A DNA stretch of 64,000 nucleotides, from NCBI GenBank assembly GCA_013265495.1, contig MU058452.1:186001-250000 (forward strand), read 5' to 3'. Positions 12,143-25,127 of the stretch are shown here, piece by piece. Both the position numbers and the translations under genes were made by a program. A model generated the notes under the pieces. It did no database searches and had not been told where the DNA came from. It saw nothing but the letters and a program-made list of their open reading frames with translations. Each line of letters begins with the position of its first letter. Within the stretch, counting starts at the first letter, position 1. The DNA comes from Vicugna vicugna (taxonomy: Eukaryota).

Positions 12143-15100
12143 GATATGAGAGTTCTCTCCAGTGGCCAGTTTCTAACACTATGAAAATTGGGTTCTTACC
12201 CTGGAAGATCTGAAATATTTGCCACAGATTAGATATATTTTTGCTTCAAAGTAGCTTCCAAAAATGAATGACAGCATGGAACTAGACACATTAAAGATAA
12301 CTTGCACTTGCTCTGCTGCCTCATTGTTGGGCAAACCAAATATTTACTTGCATATTCATTGGCCTATTTTTTTTTCCAACATTTTAAACCAGAGATGGCT
12401 AAATGAACTTCAACAATTCTCACAACCAAAATTAAACTATTTATCAAACGTTGTTAACCATTTGGAAACCTGTTACTTAGCTTGGCTTTGCAAGATCGTG
12501 TTCATCTTTGAGAAAAGCCACAAATAAGGTGACATTCTACCACAGGAAGCACCTTAAAGGTCTGTAGTAAAGTTTAAAGGAGAATATTTTAAATATCCAA
12601 TATTTAAAAAAATTTTTTTTTTTAAGTTCAGAGGTAACTTTCAACAGAACTTCAAAACCAAATTGGGGAACAATGAACATAGAACTGTTCTTTTTAATCA
12701 TGAGCGAAATCTATCACATATGTTCTTTCAAGTAGTTTATTAGAAAGAAGTTGCTACCAGAGAACCACATGTTAACTCTGACTTGCAAGGTCAGGCCAGG
12801 GCAATAAACCTTTGAACCTTACAAATATGCAAAGCTGACATAAATAACAAATTAAACCCAGCCAGGTATAACACTTCGGCCAGTTGGATGTGAGGCAGAG
12901 ACCAGTTCCAGGGAACAAGAGCTTGTTGATTTGTAAGAAAAACCCGGTCTTACCCTCTTTGTTCGCTGCCCATTAGTTTTGCATCTGGGGATCACCCTGC
13001 TCCTTCCTGCTGAGGTAAAACCTAATAAAAATGATTCTGCTGCGATCTCGGCCAGTGGCTCCGTGTTACAGCTCATGGGTTGTTGGTACAGTACGTTGAA
13101 CTAATAATGTCGTGTGTTTTTATGAAGGAGAGAAGGCCCTTGGGTGGGACTGACGCAAGGTGTTTTGGGGGTTTAAAGTCATTTCTAAATAAAGGAGTCC
13201 AGGGTGTTCCCCAGGAAGGTGTAGGCCCTGGGCTAACAACTGCAGAATCACCATTTGGGAGAGTGGGATGGTATTTGAGTCAACGCAGTGTGGGAAAGGG
13301 GATAAGCAGCTGGGAAGAAGAAAGCCAAGGAAAAACATACATTTTGCGTTTAAAATAGAACATCTTTATCTATTTTATTAATATGACCGGTAATAAAGGA
13401 ATTCAGAAGTCAGGGATTTGGAAGAGGTAAAGAGAAAACAGTTTGACTCCTGTCCATGATTCATACTGTAAAGTATCAGTGGTGTGACAGCCATCGGTGC
13501 GAGACAGAGACAGGCTGTTGTGTTGGCTGAATACACGCTTTTGCTTAATGCATAATGTAGGACTTTCCAGGACCATCATTAAGCTCCAATGTTAAGCTAT
13601 CTGGCCACTGCCCTTCTTAAGGAATACAAATTTTGACAGATCAGATCTGCAGTGTATATATCTAAGCAAATACAGTCCATCAAACTCTGTAAGTAGAGGC
13701 TGGATTCGGGGCTTTTTAATTTTCTTTGAGACTTTTCTTGGGGGCTGTGAATCTCTCCTTTCTACAACTGTAGTTGACACAATACCAAGGCTTACTCATG
13801 TAAAAGAGTCCTTTTCAATATTATCATTGAAAGAGAAAAATGCTCTGTGGCTGCCATACTGTTAAAAAGTGGCTCATGGCAATGATTCTCTTGAAGTCAC
13901 CTTTGGTTCTGCCAGCAGGGAACAGGGTAAGGATGACACTGGCTTCCTTCTTGGGGGAAGGACTCATTTGACTTCATGGTGAAGGAGGGGAGAGCTGATT
14001 CAGACTGCGTGTCAATGTCACATCCAGTTTTTGAGGTCCGAGAACTACCTATAGAATAGTACACAGACTTCTAGATCTATAGTGAATTTCTCAACATTTA
14101 AGTATCTTTACAATTTAGATTTGATATGTTTTATCTAATTTGTAGTTTATTGAATCTGGATAATGATCTGTTTGCCTTTTTGAATGCAATTTTACACCAT
14201 GACTACCAAAATGGAATCCTATCCAATATCTCAAGATAAATTCTGAAAAATATTTTCCCTGAAACTCAGAGGACAGCAGAGACCACTGGGAAAATCAGGC
14301 GATAGGCAGACTGAGTACTAATTTTTGCTGCACCAACTTAGCTGTTATTAAGTGATGCCTTCAGTCTTTTAAATTTGAGAAAAGAAAAAGAGGTATTTTT
14401 TGCAATTGGCCCAAAATAAGGACAAGATGTTTGGCCAAGGCTTTTAGGGTAGTGAAAAAAAAAATTATAACACTATAAAGTTGAAATACCAATAGTGCAC
14501 AAATGGTATCCCGGGAAACCTACAGAGATATTTAAACATCTGGATGACAACAAATGTTATTCAATTGTCATGTTTTCCAATTCATATATTTTCCTTATAT
14601 TTTTGAAAGTGCTTTATGTGTCCTCTGGTGGTGTTAATGGCATATATATATATTTTTTTCATTGCAAAAGCAACTATTAGGCAGCTCGACTTTTGAACTA
14701 GACGGAAGTCTAAATCAGGTCTTTGCTTTGCTTTATGGATTCTATATACATGGTTCCTTAACAGCACAGAAAACAGTGAACCAATTGTATGAAATCATGG
14801 CCCATCTTTCATATCTGTTAGGTTTCTTGGTTGGGCCAGGTTGTCCAATCACTGGTCTGGTTCACATTTGTCATGAAGACTAGGGTTTCATACGGGCATC
14901 CTCCATTCTCTCTGATTGGCTGGCACAATTATTTTAAAATTGAGAACTGAAACGCATTGAGAGGTAGGAGTATAAACATTCCACTTTGCCGTTAGTCTTT
15001 CCCCTTCTCTGTTATCTCATCCCTGCCCGGTTCACACATGAGTGTTCCCACCCCCACCCCAGTCCTTTGAGACGTTATGAATTGATGTAGACGATGAAGC

Positions 15101-16752
15101 TGGCCTCCCATCCTGTCCTCAGGGCTGGTGCGGACTAATTAGCTTATCCACCACTCCAACCTTGACCCAAGTGGGATTCTTGCTTCTGGGAAAACTGGAT
15201 ACCTGACAAGTTTTTACGTTTAAACATCAAGTTAATCTCAAGTTATTTTGGCAAAAGGCGAATAACCTTGCTCCTTGCTTCTCTGTTGATTCTGTGGGTG
15301 GGTGCTGACTAGCGAGACTGGAGAGAGGCAATTAAGAGGCTCTTGTACAGGAAGTTGAATCATAACGTATATCACTGCCTTATTTATTTTTGGATTCTTG
15401 TAGATCCAAGGCTGTTGCCTATAAGTCTCAAGGACTAAAGGATTAAGATGTGTAGAAATATATGTATATTACTAAAGAGGAAGGGTTATTACTCTTGTCT
15501 ATTCATCTTTGGCCTCAGGGCACCTACCCTTGAATTGTATTAAATAATATATGAAAATGTTTATTTAAAGTCCTTTCAACTGACAGGTTATTAAATGCTA
15601 GATCCAATGCTGAGAAAGTTCAACATTCAACTTGTTAGTGGGTGAGTCAGGGTGGAATATGTTGATTCCTGTATAAACAAACAGACAGGGACATATCATT
15701 GAGTTCATTTAACCTGTTGAACAGCAGTTCCAATGAAGGAAAAATGAGGGAAGTGTTATTTTTTTTAGATGCCATCCAAGGGCAATCACAGTTGGCAGAA
15801 GTTCACATAGTCGGGAATATACTGAGAAGCTGAAAATAATAAACTTAATTTTTACAACAGATGTTTGGCAACTAATGAGGAGCGGTTGCTTTCGTGTGTA
15901 GCCCAAATCACTCACCTCGGCTCTTAGAATAGTTTGACTTTTAGCCTGGGCCTTTGAAACAAAATGGCCATAAAACTATAAACAGCAAGTAATGATAGCA
16001 AATGAGTCTCTCACTCGCTTCTTCCTGGAGAATAGCAAGTAGGTGGTCCACATTTGGGTTCCTCTTCTTTACCTGTTTATAGTCAAATAATTTGGGATTT
16101 TAAAAAAAGCCCCCCCTCTCCCCCATCACTTTAGTTCAATACTAGGTCAGCAGAAGTGGCATTAATGCCAAAAAGCAGTCTCCTAGCAGAAGGTCAGTAG
16201 AGAAGTGTAATCAGTTTAGAACTCGATGTTGTAACTAACTTGAATCAAAGACTTTTCTTAAGGTGACATTAAGATGAAATATTTAAGATAAACTGGAAGA
16301 TTTGACCGGAATTTCACAATGGCTCTCTGAAATAGTCTGCCCTGATTTACAGATCCTCAATTTTCAATTTATGAGCTGAGACCAGAGTATACCACCAGAG
16401 GATGAGAATGGAGTAGTCATATTAGAGGCAGCTCATATATCCTAAAGACAGACTTTGGAAGAATTAGAAAGTATAATAAAGTGCCTGTCCCTTTAAGACA
16501 GGACTTGGCTCCCTGCCAATTTCAAACCTAAAGCATTAGATATTTTTAAAGCCCTTAAAACTGTCACTTTCTCCCCAGACTTTTTGTCATCTCTAAATGA
16601 AAAAACAGTACCAGAGAGATTTGCCCATATTGTTTCAAGTCTCCTCAGGATATTTTTGAAAAGTAAATATTTATTGCTGACAATAATTTTTTTGCTGAGG
16701 TTAACGAGCGCTCCAAGTACAAAGCAGGGCATCTGAAAGACAGAGCAAGTGC

Positions 16753-16835
16753 TCAGCCGCTCTCAAGTTCTGTATATTTACAGGAAACTTGCAAACAAGA
16801 CTGGTCAAAATGCACATTCTTAAAATTTCAGCAGC
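16753..16835 (+). mobile_element. MER5-like hAT-Charlie fragment
   Basis: cagccgctctcaagttc...ggtcaaaatgcacattc resembles the MER5 5' end. Confidence 0.35.
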
Positions 16836-17084
16836 ATCACTATGGGATAGATGGCCTTTCCCCAGCCTTTGTCCTTGCGCTCCTGGAGGTAGATTTTGAC
16901 GTATGCTCATCTTGAGGATCCTTCCTTCTTGAATGTCTCCCCTCCTTTGTCATTGGTGGGCACACATTCAGAACACAATGACTTAGCGACCATTCACTGT
17001 GTGCTGTCCTGCCAGACATTCAAAGAGGACGAAGCCCCTCCCCCAGTTTGCTACCAACTTGTGCTATGAGATGTTTGGGGTTTC

Positions 17085-17215
17085 CTAGGGCAGGGGGAAG
17101 GTTTTATAATCAGGTAACTTAGGGAAACCCAAAGTTCAACAAGTTTCTCTAGTGCAGATTTCCTTCAGGATTTTTAATATATACCATGATTCTCAAATCT
17201 TAGAGAGACCACTTA
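17085..17215. mobile_element. MER5C-like hAT-Charlie fragment
   Basis: aaagttcaacaagtttctctagtgcagatttccttcaggatttttaatat resembles MER5C internal text. Confidence 0.35.
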
Positions 17216-17559
17216 GGTTTTGAGGAAATTTTAGCAAGACAAGGCTAGTCATTAATAGATCATATTTTGTTAAATGTTGGCTAAAAGTATCAAGAAAATT
17301 AAACTGTTAAGGCCCCCTTGGGTTACAGTGTTTCTATTAATTAATTAATTAGATAAATAAACATTAAGTCATACTATACAGATTTTTGGAGAAGACCTCA
17401 CAATAGGGTCTACATTTTTTTAAATAAATATAAAAGATATTTAGAGAGATAGACTTTGAATACTACATGAATCTATCTATCTATTAATACATGCAATAAT
17501 GGATACACATTCATGTGATGTCACACACACAGACATACATATATATTCAGATTTGTTAG

Positions 17560-17965
17560 GCTCAGTTAGGATTTGTACTTGACTTCAAGCAACAGAGACC
17601 TCAAAATTCCGTGGTTTAAACAATTTGATACTTTTTTCCTCCACAGCATGGTGTTTCCAGAAAATCAAAAGGGGCCCGGCCCCTCCTTTCTGATCCAAAT
17701 CTTTAGCTCAGGGTTATACCCTGGTTGTAAAATGACTTCAGATCTGCATTGCAGGCAGGAAGAATGAAAAGGAAGGCATGCCCACTGAGTTAGGTCCCAC
17801 TACCTAGCTCTTCACAACAATCTATGTTGATCCTGTGTTGGCAAGAACTTGGTTCCTTGGCTCTCTCTGTAAGGAAGGCTGAGAAGTGTAGCTTCTTTAA
17901 CTGGGGACCTGGGGAAGAACAGGAGAATGAATGTAAGGTAGACAACCGGAGCTGTTTCTATAGTA
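17560..17965 (-). mobile_element. MaLR LTR (MLT1K/L-like), degraded
   Basis: tcagttagga...caagcaacagagacc...gtggtttaaacaa; caggcaggaagaa; ttggcaagaactt...tgtaaggaaggctgagaagtgtag is typical antisense MLT1 text. Confidence 0.65.
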
Positions 17966-19134
17966 TGTTCTTTCGTCTGCCGTGGGCCCTGAAGAACGCT
18001 GTCTCAGATAAAGTCATTTGGGTGAGCATCCAGTTAACAGCTTAGTGTCCGAGAAAGCAGCTGGAGCCGTTGATTTTCCAGGAGAGACTGTCAAGGACCA
18101 CAGAAATATATTTGCAGATTTCCAAACACCACAAAAGCTAGAGGGTCAACTGTTTGGGAAAGCTATTAGCGGCAGGACCAAATTGTTCATACTCCCAGAT
18201 GCTTCTGACTCGGGGAGAGAAAGACAGTAGGACTCGTGTGGCTGACAGTCTACTAGAACATTTCTTAAAAGGCATGAAATACTGAAAAGAACACAAAAAG
18301 GTTCAGTTTGAAACAGGCTTTCATTTTATTTATCCTCATATGAAACTAATACTCTAAACCCTTAGCATCTTTACAGTCTATAAATGTTATCAATATTTAG
18401 GCAAATGTTTCAATAAATGAATTTTATTTACAAAAGCACTCTTGGCTTTTAAAAGACCGTTAGAGGGTTATTAATGAGTCCCAAAAAAACCTTTGGCATG
18501 AGGCTTTTGAAACCTGTAGCGCTATCTAGAGGTGATTACCTCCACCTGCAGACCCGAGATCCTTGGTTTTGGTGGGGGGAGGTCTGGAAATTGGATCAGG
18601 TGATAACAATCTGTGTTAAAATCAACAAATGTCACAGTTGCCATGATTCCAAGCTACCTTGGTTTTCTATTTCTTTTTTTCTTCCCCTGGTTCCTTTCCT
18701 TTGAGATAATCTCAAATTATGAATTTTCTTAAAAAGCGTGATCCTTCAGTCTTCTTTTTTTCTCAAGGCCACATCTTTCCTTCACCTGCCTAGAGGCATC
18801 ACCTAAGATATAAAGGAGGCAGATGGTTACTTTCTAAGATAACTTTCAAAATTAAAATGCCATGGTTTTTACTATTATGACTTCGTAATCGACATCGCTG
18901 GGCCTGTGGCTGATCATCTGTGATCATTTTTAAGCTCTGATCACACATTTCCAAATTCCTAGTAGATATGTCTGTTTGTGGGTTCTGCTGTCATACATAT
19001 GGGTTCTAAGAATGAGCTTAACTCAAAGACTAGAAAAAGTCTTCCCTATTTCTGTTACTAGTGTTCATTTCTCTTTCTACCTTTATAAAATTAGTCTCTA
19101 CATTCTGGCAAGTCATCTTTCACATTTTCTCTTA

Positions 19135-19240
19135 TTGATAAGTGGAAAGACCATGGGCTTTGCAAACAGCCTGATGAATATTTGAAAACTGGCTTTGCCA
19201 ATGACTAGATGCATGACCTTGGGAAAGATGTGCTTAGTCA
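19135..19240 (+). mobile_element. MIR SINE 5' part
   Basis: agtggaaaga..catgggctttg...ctggctttgccaatgactagatgcatgaccttgggaaag. Confidence 0.65.
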
Positions 19241-19506
19241 GTTGGAATAAGAAAACATTGAAAAAGGTGAAAATACAAGAAAGCAGTTGATTTAATATGC
19301 TATAGACAAAACAAAAAGTTTCCATGGGAATACAGAGGACCGGTTGGTCACTTATGGTCTAAGGTGATCAGCTTTGCAATTTCAAAGTTTGGCAAGTCTA
19401 AATGAAAGGCATAAGAGAAGGAAGATGGTATACTGGGTGAGGGAACTATTGTGAGTGATCTTATGGAGGTGGGACCCTACACAACACATTTGGGAGAAAA
19501 TGAGGA

Positions 19507-19600
19507 TCGTTGCATGACTAAATGGAAAGAAATCATTTTGAAATACAGTCTGTCGTTGCATGACTAAATGGAAAGAAATCATTTTGAAATACAGTCTGTC
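19507..19600. repeat. Perfect 46-bp tandem duplication
   Basis: tcgttgcatgactaaatggaaagaaatcattttgaaatacagtctg occurs at 19507-19552 and 19553-19598, followed by tc. Confidence 0.97.
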
Positions 19601-19762
19601 TAGCACATGGAACCATGTTCAATATCTTGTAATAACCTTTAATAAAAAAATATGAAAACGAATCTATGTATGTATATGCATGACGGGGACATTGTGCTGT
19701 ACACCAGAAACTGACATAATGTAATTGACTGTACTTCAATTAAAAATTACCAAAAAAAAAAA
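19596..19762 (+). mobile_element. 5'-truncated camelid-type LINE-1 3' end with poly(A)
   Basis: Homologous to the in-window copies at 40405-40590 and 56260-56420. Candidate TSD aaatacagt at 19587-19595 and 19760-19768. Confidence 0.9.
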
Positions 19763-22559
19763 TACAGTTGGAAATTTGAGCTGTCTTAGATTATTAAGAG
19801 TCTTGAGCCGGAGGTTCTGGTATTTGCATCTTGATTTAAAGTGGTTTGAGGATTCCGAGTAACAGGATAATATAATAAATGCAGTGTATTATGATGTATA
19901 TATTACAGCTGAATAAAGGAAATCCTTTGTGATTAAAAAAATTAAAAAAAAATAAAAACAAGAGCAAGAAAGAATTTATGCAAAAAAAAAATGGGATCAA
20001 GGGAGCCATAGGAAGTGAGTAAGAAGTGGGACTAGGCAAAGGAGTTGAATCTAATTCTAAAAATCTGATGGGAGATTTGAATTGAGTCAAGTTAGTTTAG
20101 ACTGGGAGTCACTAACTTTACTAATCTGTATTTATTTTATGCCCTGAGAAGTTTAATAACTCTAATTGATCATATGACGTGTGGGCTGTGGTGACATGAT
20201 GGTAAGAGTCTAATAAACCCTTGTGGAATAAAGGAATGGGCCATTCAGACCACAGTCAAATTCAATCAATCTGAACTCAGCAGTGTGCCAAATACATATC
20301 CTCACACACCCGAAAGGTGGTTAATAGGACACTCTGAAAATGACAAAGAATTGAAGAGTGAATTGTCAGCAAAATGAAAAATGAGGATACCCACTGAAAG
20401 ATGGTCCACAAATGGAAAACAGAGAAACAATGACTGGGAGATTTTATCACATTACAAAAATTATCAAAATCGGGAAGTTTAGAAGATTGCAGCTTGCTTC
20501 TTCTATGAGCTTTAGGGAGCTTTTGCTGCCTGAACGACCAGGGGACCATCTGCTCGGGGAATACATTAAGAATTGCCATGGTTCCATCTTGCTTTACTCT
20601 TAAAATCAGGAGAGAACTGAGCTATATGTAGGTTAGCACTTTGCAGAATATGATGGCTCAGCAAATACTTAAAATCACATTTTATAAGAACTGGGATCAG
20701 CTAGTCCCACTTTCTGTCTCCCCATTATTTCAAAGATGAGAAAATTGACATTGAAGAAATTGCGAAACGTCTCGGCAAACTGGTGTAAGGATACGTTCAC
20801 TAGATGATGCTCTCTCAGGAGAGATCCACTAGGACCATTTGTCTTAGCTTTGAATAACTCAGAATACTCATCAAAGAAAGTTAATTGTTTCCATAAAACG
20901 TCTTCAAGAAAGTTACAATCCACACGATTGTAAGAACCTTGAGTACAGAAACCTTGATTAGAAAATGCTGACTTTCAATAAGTTCTTGTTGAATGAATGA
21001 ATGCTCTTTTTTTTTTTTCCTTTAAAGAAGACAAGATTGAAATGAAGCAACGGTAAAAATTATTCAGAAAGTAGACCCCTGAATCTTTGCTGTTTGGAAA
21101 CTCTTTGCACATACATTACATTCTCTTTTAAAAGGCAAATTGCTTTCATAATTGACTACTTAGTTTATTTTCTTAAATACCTGATTATCTCAATGATGAA
21201 ATGAATTAGAGTTAATTATTGTGGGTACATTCCCCAAGCTCTTGTCAGAAGTCACATTCTTTTGGGTGATTAAACCCCAAACATTCCCTTCCCTTGGAAT
21301 TGAACATTGTTTATCATTTTCCTTCTGGTGCAATGAATTCCATTTTTAATAACTCAAGGATGAATCATATTTAGGATTACTATCTGTCGTTACTTTGCAG
21401 CGTTTTAAGAACTTGAGAGGAATTCTGATTCTTGCCCTGACATGGGAGGCAGGTGAACATTTCCCTTTTCAGGCAGAGAGGGGATTATACACGACTATTC
21501 CTATTCATTTAGGGAAGGGCTTTCCATCCTCCATCCCACTGAACGCGTCTCTTCCTGAAGATTACAAGATAATGCATCTGGAATAACATGAGCTCACCCA
21601 GGTTTGTGGTTTATCTGAAAATCAAATCCCAGTAATCTCATAGTCCATCTGACTGCACAGACAATCGGGTAAACTTCACGTTATCAACCGCAACATGAGG
21701 CGAACAACTTGGAAACAGGAGAAGAAAAGAAAGTTCCATTCTTGAGTTCAGGCTCCACATTCCTTTGCCTTCGGTGGTGTGTTTTTCTTTCAGCAGCCCA
21801 GAGAGTGTTGTTGGCAGAAGCCTCTTCAGTGTATTTGTTGTTCCTGCAGTCGCATGCACTCAGCAGACCCCCGTAAGCTTGAACAGAACCCAGACGCAGC
21901 CCGTGCCCTGGCTGAAGCCAAAATTTAAAAGGTGCGAAAACACGCATCTAGAGATTGAGTAGATAAGCCCTGCGACATTCATTTTAGGGAAAGCATCTCT
22001 CTCCCGGGTTCCGAAGCAGATAGTGGAAAAGCCAAAGACTGTGACAGAGCAGAATATTTGGCATTTGGTTAATAGGTAGTTATCCGTACAAGACAGCAGC
22101 AGGCAGCTGAAGTTCGGGGCCTGGAGTTTGAAATAAAACAGATCACAGTTCGAGGCCAGGCTTGGATACCTGGTAGATGTGTGACTCGTAGGCTGGTCCC
22201 TCTCCGGATGCATGAGGATGCGGACAGAGCATATGTCAGGGATTCTTGTAAGTATCAACTGGATGATGTATGTGGAGTAAATGGACAACACGAAGTCTAT
22301 CAAAGAGTAACGTGCAATAAATAACGGTTGTTCAAACAAAACTGGTAGCCTGTGTTATTGAGAACATATTCCTGAAGCTTTTGTAGGTTTCTTACTAAAC
22401 ATACCTATTAAAAAAAATCCCTATGTGGGCCAAAATACTCTCCCCAACATTGCTGCTAAGGGTGAACCCTGGTGCAGCATGACGTTTCTGGAGGACGCTT
22501 TGCAGACAGAAATCAAAAGCCCTAAGCAAGTGCCTAGGCTTTACTTAAAAATTGAAATT

Positions 22560-22960
22560 TCAATTCAAAATTTCTCCGAGGAAATCATCAGAAGTATAAG
22601 CAAAGAGTAAATATAAAATATCCATGATGATATATTTTTTCCATTATGTGATGTATTTATAATAGTGAAAGTCCAAAAAACAAACAATATGATGAAATTA
22701 ATCCATATAATGGAATAGGTTTATAGTTCTCAGAAATCTTGATTCAGAAAAATCTTTTAAAGGGGGGAGGGTATAGCTCCAGTGGTAGAGCACATGCTTA
22801 GCAAGCACAGGGTCCTGGGTTCAATGCCTGGTGCCTCCTCTGAAAAAAAAAAGAAAAATCTTTTATGATAAGGTAAAGCACTTTAAATATACTGTTTAAT
22901 TAAAAAAAATTCAAAACAGTTATGAAGCAATATATACTTCATGGGAGCAATAGTTCTAAA
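22560..22960 (+). mobile_element. Possible ancient L1M(E) 3' fragment interrupted by a SINE
   Basis: tatttataatagtgaaa...atccatataatggaata resembles old L1 ORF2-end/3' UTR text. Confidence 0.4.
22762..22851 (+). mobile_element. tRNA-derived camelid SINE (vic-1-like, short form)
   Basis: ggggagggtatagctccagtggtagag (A box)...gggttcaatgcc (B box) and an A tail. 14-bp TSD agaaaaatctttta at 22746-22759 and 22852-22865. Confidence 0.92.
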
Positions 22961-25062
22961 ATCTTGAAAAATATGTTAAAATGGAACATTAAGAGGCATG
23001 ATGCTCAACTGGAATAAAGTCTCGGTAAGCATGTTAAAGATGTTTCCAAAACTATAAATAATCAAAATCTATTCCACAGGATACTCTGGGTTCTTTTTTG
23101 GTGCCTAAAAGGAACTTCCAGTGTCCAGACCATTCAATTAAGTGAAGTAGCCATCTGATGATTTTCTCAAGTTAATGGTATTCTTCATGTCATGTGTAGT
23201 CGGTAATGATAACCCCCAAATTCACTATCTGGAAGTCTTTTCACTCAAAGTCCTGAACAATTTAATGGGCAAGTATGAAAATCACAATGGCCTGATTCTT
23301 TAACCATGAGTTACAAGTCAGATTGTCCTGAATTTGTGAAAGATAATGACATGACTTTTATGTGATTAGGGGAAAAAATGTATTTGGTTTTAGTATAGAA
23401 TTGGAGAAGCCAAATAATGAGAATCTTTTGTCCTTCTTTCTTATCCCAATATAATATAAAACAAAGCAAAACAAATCATTCACAGTCATAAATTATAGAA
23501 AGTGATTCTGTACCTTCAAGGGCCTACCTAGATGTGTATTAAATATTTATATCTTTGAGTATTGGCTCTGAAGAGCCAGGTTTTAAAAAATGAGGCTCTG
23601 AAGTTCTGTGATGGCTCTCAAAACTGGTTGTTTACTATGGTTTTTGGCCAATCACCAAGAAGTGCTTGACTCGTGTGCAGAAAAAAACCTTTAATTAAGT
23701 TGCGACCACAGTAGGGAATCCCATGCCGCTAAAAATATAAACAAACACCAGATTCTCTCCATCACAGACTTTATCATCCTCTCACCAGCCGAGGCAAACA
23801 GATCAAAGGGAATGATCAAGTCGGGATGATGACGATACATTTGGATACCTGCAGGACACTGAAGGGCTGGTGCTTTTCAGATACAAGAGGGAAAATAAAA
23901 CCTGGTTCATGAATTGTGTCAAATTTTCCTAATGTTATGGCCGAGTCTCACCAGTGCTCGGCAAGTGAATTACAACCCCCCAAAATTTAGGCCACTTGCT
24001 ACCGTGGTAGAAATTCTCTGACTGTAGACGCATTCAGGGGGTTGATCTTGGCCAACTCTTCCAGTTAGCATTGTGTTCATTTGTGCAAGTCTCACTTCTA
24101 ACGTTTTGAAGATGCCAGGCTTTGATCTTAAGGTGTTCTAGACCTAAACGGCTCCAGCCCTGCCTGGTCTGCTTTCTGGGCCCCTTCATAATGCTTTTGA
24201 TGCTCCATTGAGATACACTGCTGCCTCTTCTCTAGGAGACGAGTTTGATTTGGGATGATTTCATACAATTTCTTGCCTTGTTGAGGTTAAAGCAGGATTG
24301 AGACTATGAGAGGAACTTGAACTCCTGACCTGGCCACGTTGCTTTTCCACCCAGACGCATCATGGTAAAAGTGCATTCACTGTCTAGGCGCCACACATGA
24401 GGGGTAGACCAGAGAACTCCTGACTCCAGAAGGAATGCAAATGCCATGAAACATTAGAAAATCATTTCTCAAACTCTCTTTCATGGCCAGCGGTTCTGAT
24501 TGCTGAAAGAAAGAAGATTGGACATCATTCTAACGATGCAAATTAGAAGCGAATCTCACTGGAATGTGCAAACAAGTAACATTCCTGGAGAAGCCCATGG
24601 ACATCTCCTGACACACCAAGGCTGCCAGCACAACACTGAGTGACCGTACATTGTTAAATCGCGGGTGAGCTGCGTGTCAGAAGTCGGTTCCCTGCGATGG
24701 TCGCCTTCCAGGAGCCTACATGATCATCCCCGGTGCACGAAGCCTGAGCTCCGTCGCCTAGGCTTACTGGCCTTTAAAAGCCTTGCATTTGGCATCGCTG
24801 CCATAAAGTGGGAGAGCTGGCATTCTTTAGGACCTGGGGGAGTTGTTGTGTTCCACTGGAATGTGTTGAATGGCTTGTAAATTAGAGTCCCTAATGAAAA
24901 CTCGCTGGGGTCCTACTGCAGCAATCATCTGGTTAAAATCAGCAAGTAATTCCACTAATTTTACTGCCCTTCTCCCAGCCCTCAACGCCTCATTTAGGAA
25001 AAAATGTTTATGTTCCCCTCAAAACACCTGCGTTTTAACTTCAGTCCCCAAAGCAATTACAG

Positions 25063-25127
25063 TATTTTTATTTTATTATTTTACTTTATTTTATTTTACT
25101 TTATGTTATTTCATTTCATTTCATTTT
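25063..25127. repeat. (TTTTA)n/(TTTCA)n simple repeat
   Basis: Directly visible. Confidence 0.85.

Noticed and set aside
19507..19600. CRISPR-like direct repeats
   Set aside because: Only two abutting copies with no spacer, in mammalian DNA with no cas genes.
20277..20603. Possible processed pseudogene
   Set aside because: No recognisable parent protein in the frames I translated, and no poly(A) or TSD.
21860..22339. Longest ORF (159 aa, minus strand) as a protein-coding gene
   Set aside because: It starts at TTG, has no recognisable domain or coding-like composition, and its length is compatible with chance in 64 kb.
22762..22840. tRNA gene (also at 40280, 61116 and 62800)
   Set aside because: A-rich tails, TSDs, multiple diverged copies and broken stems show these are tRNA-derived SINEs.
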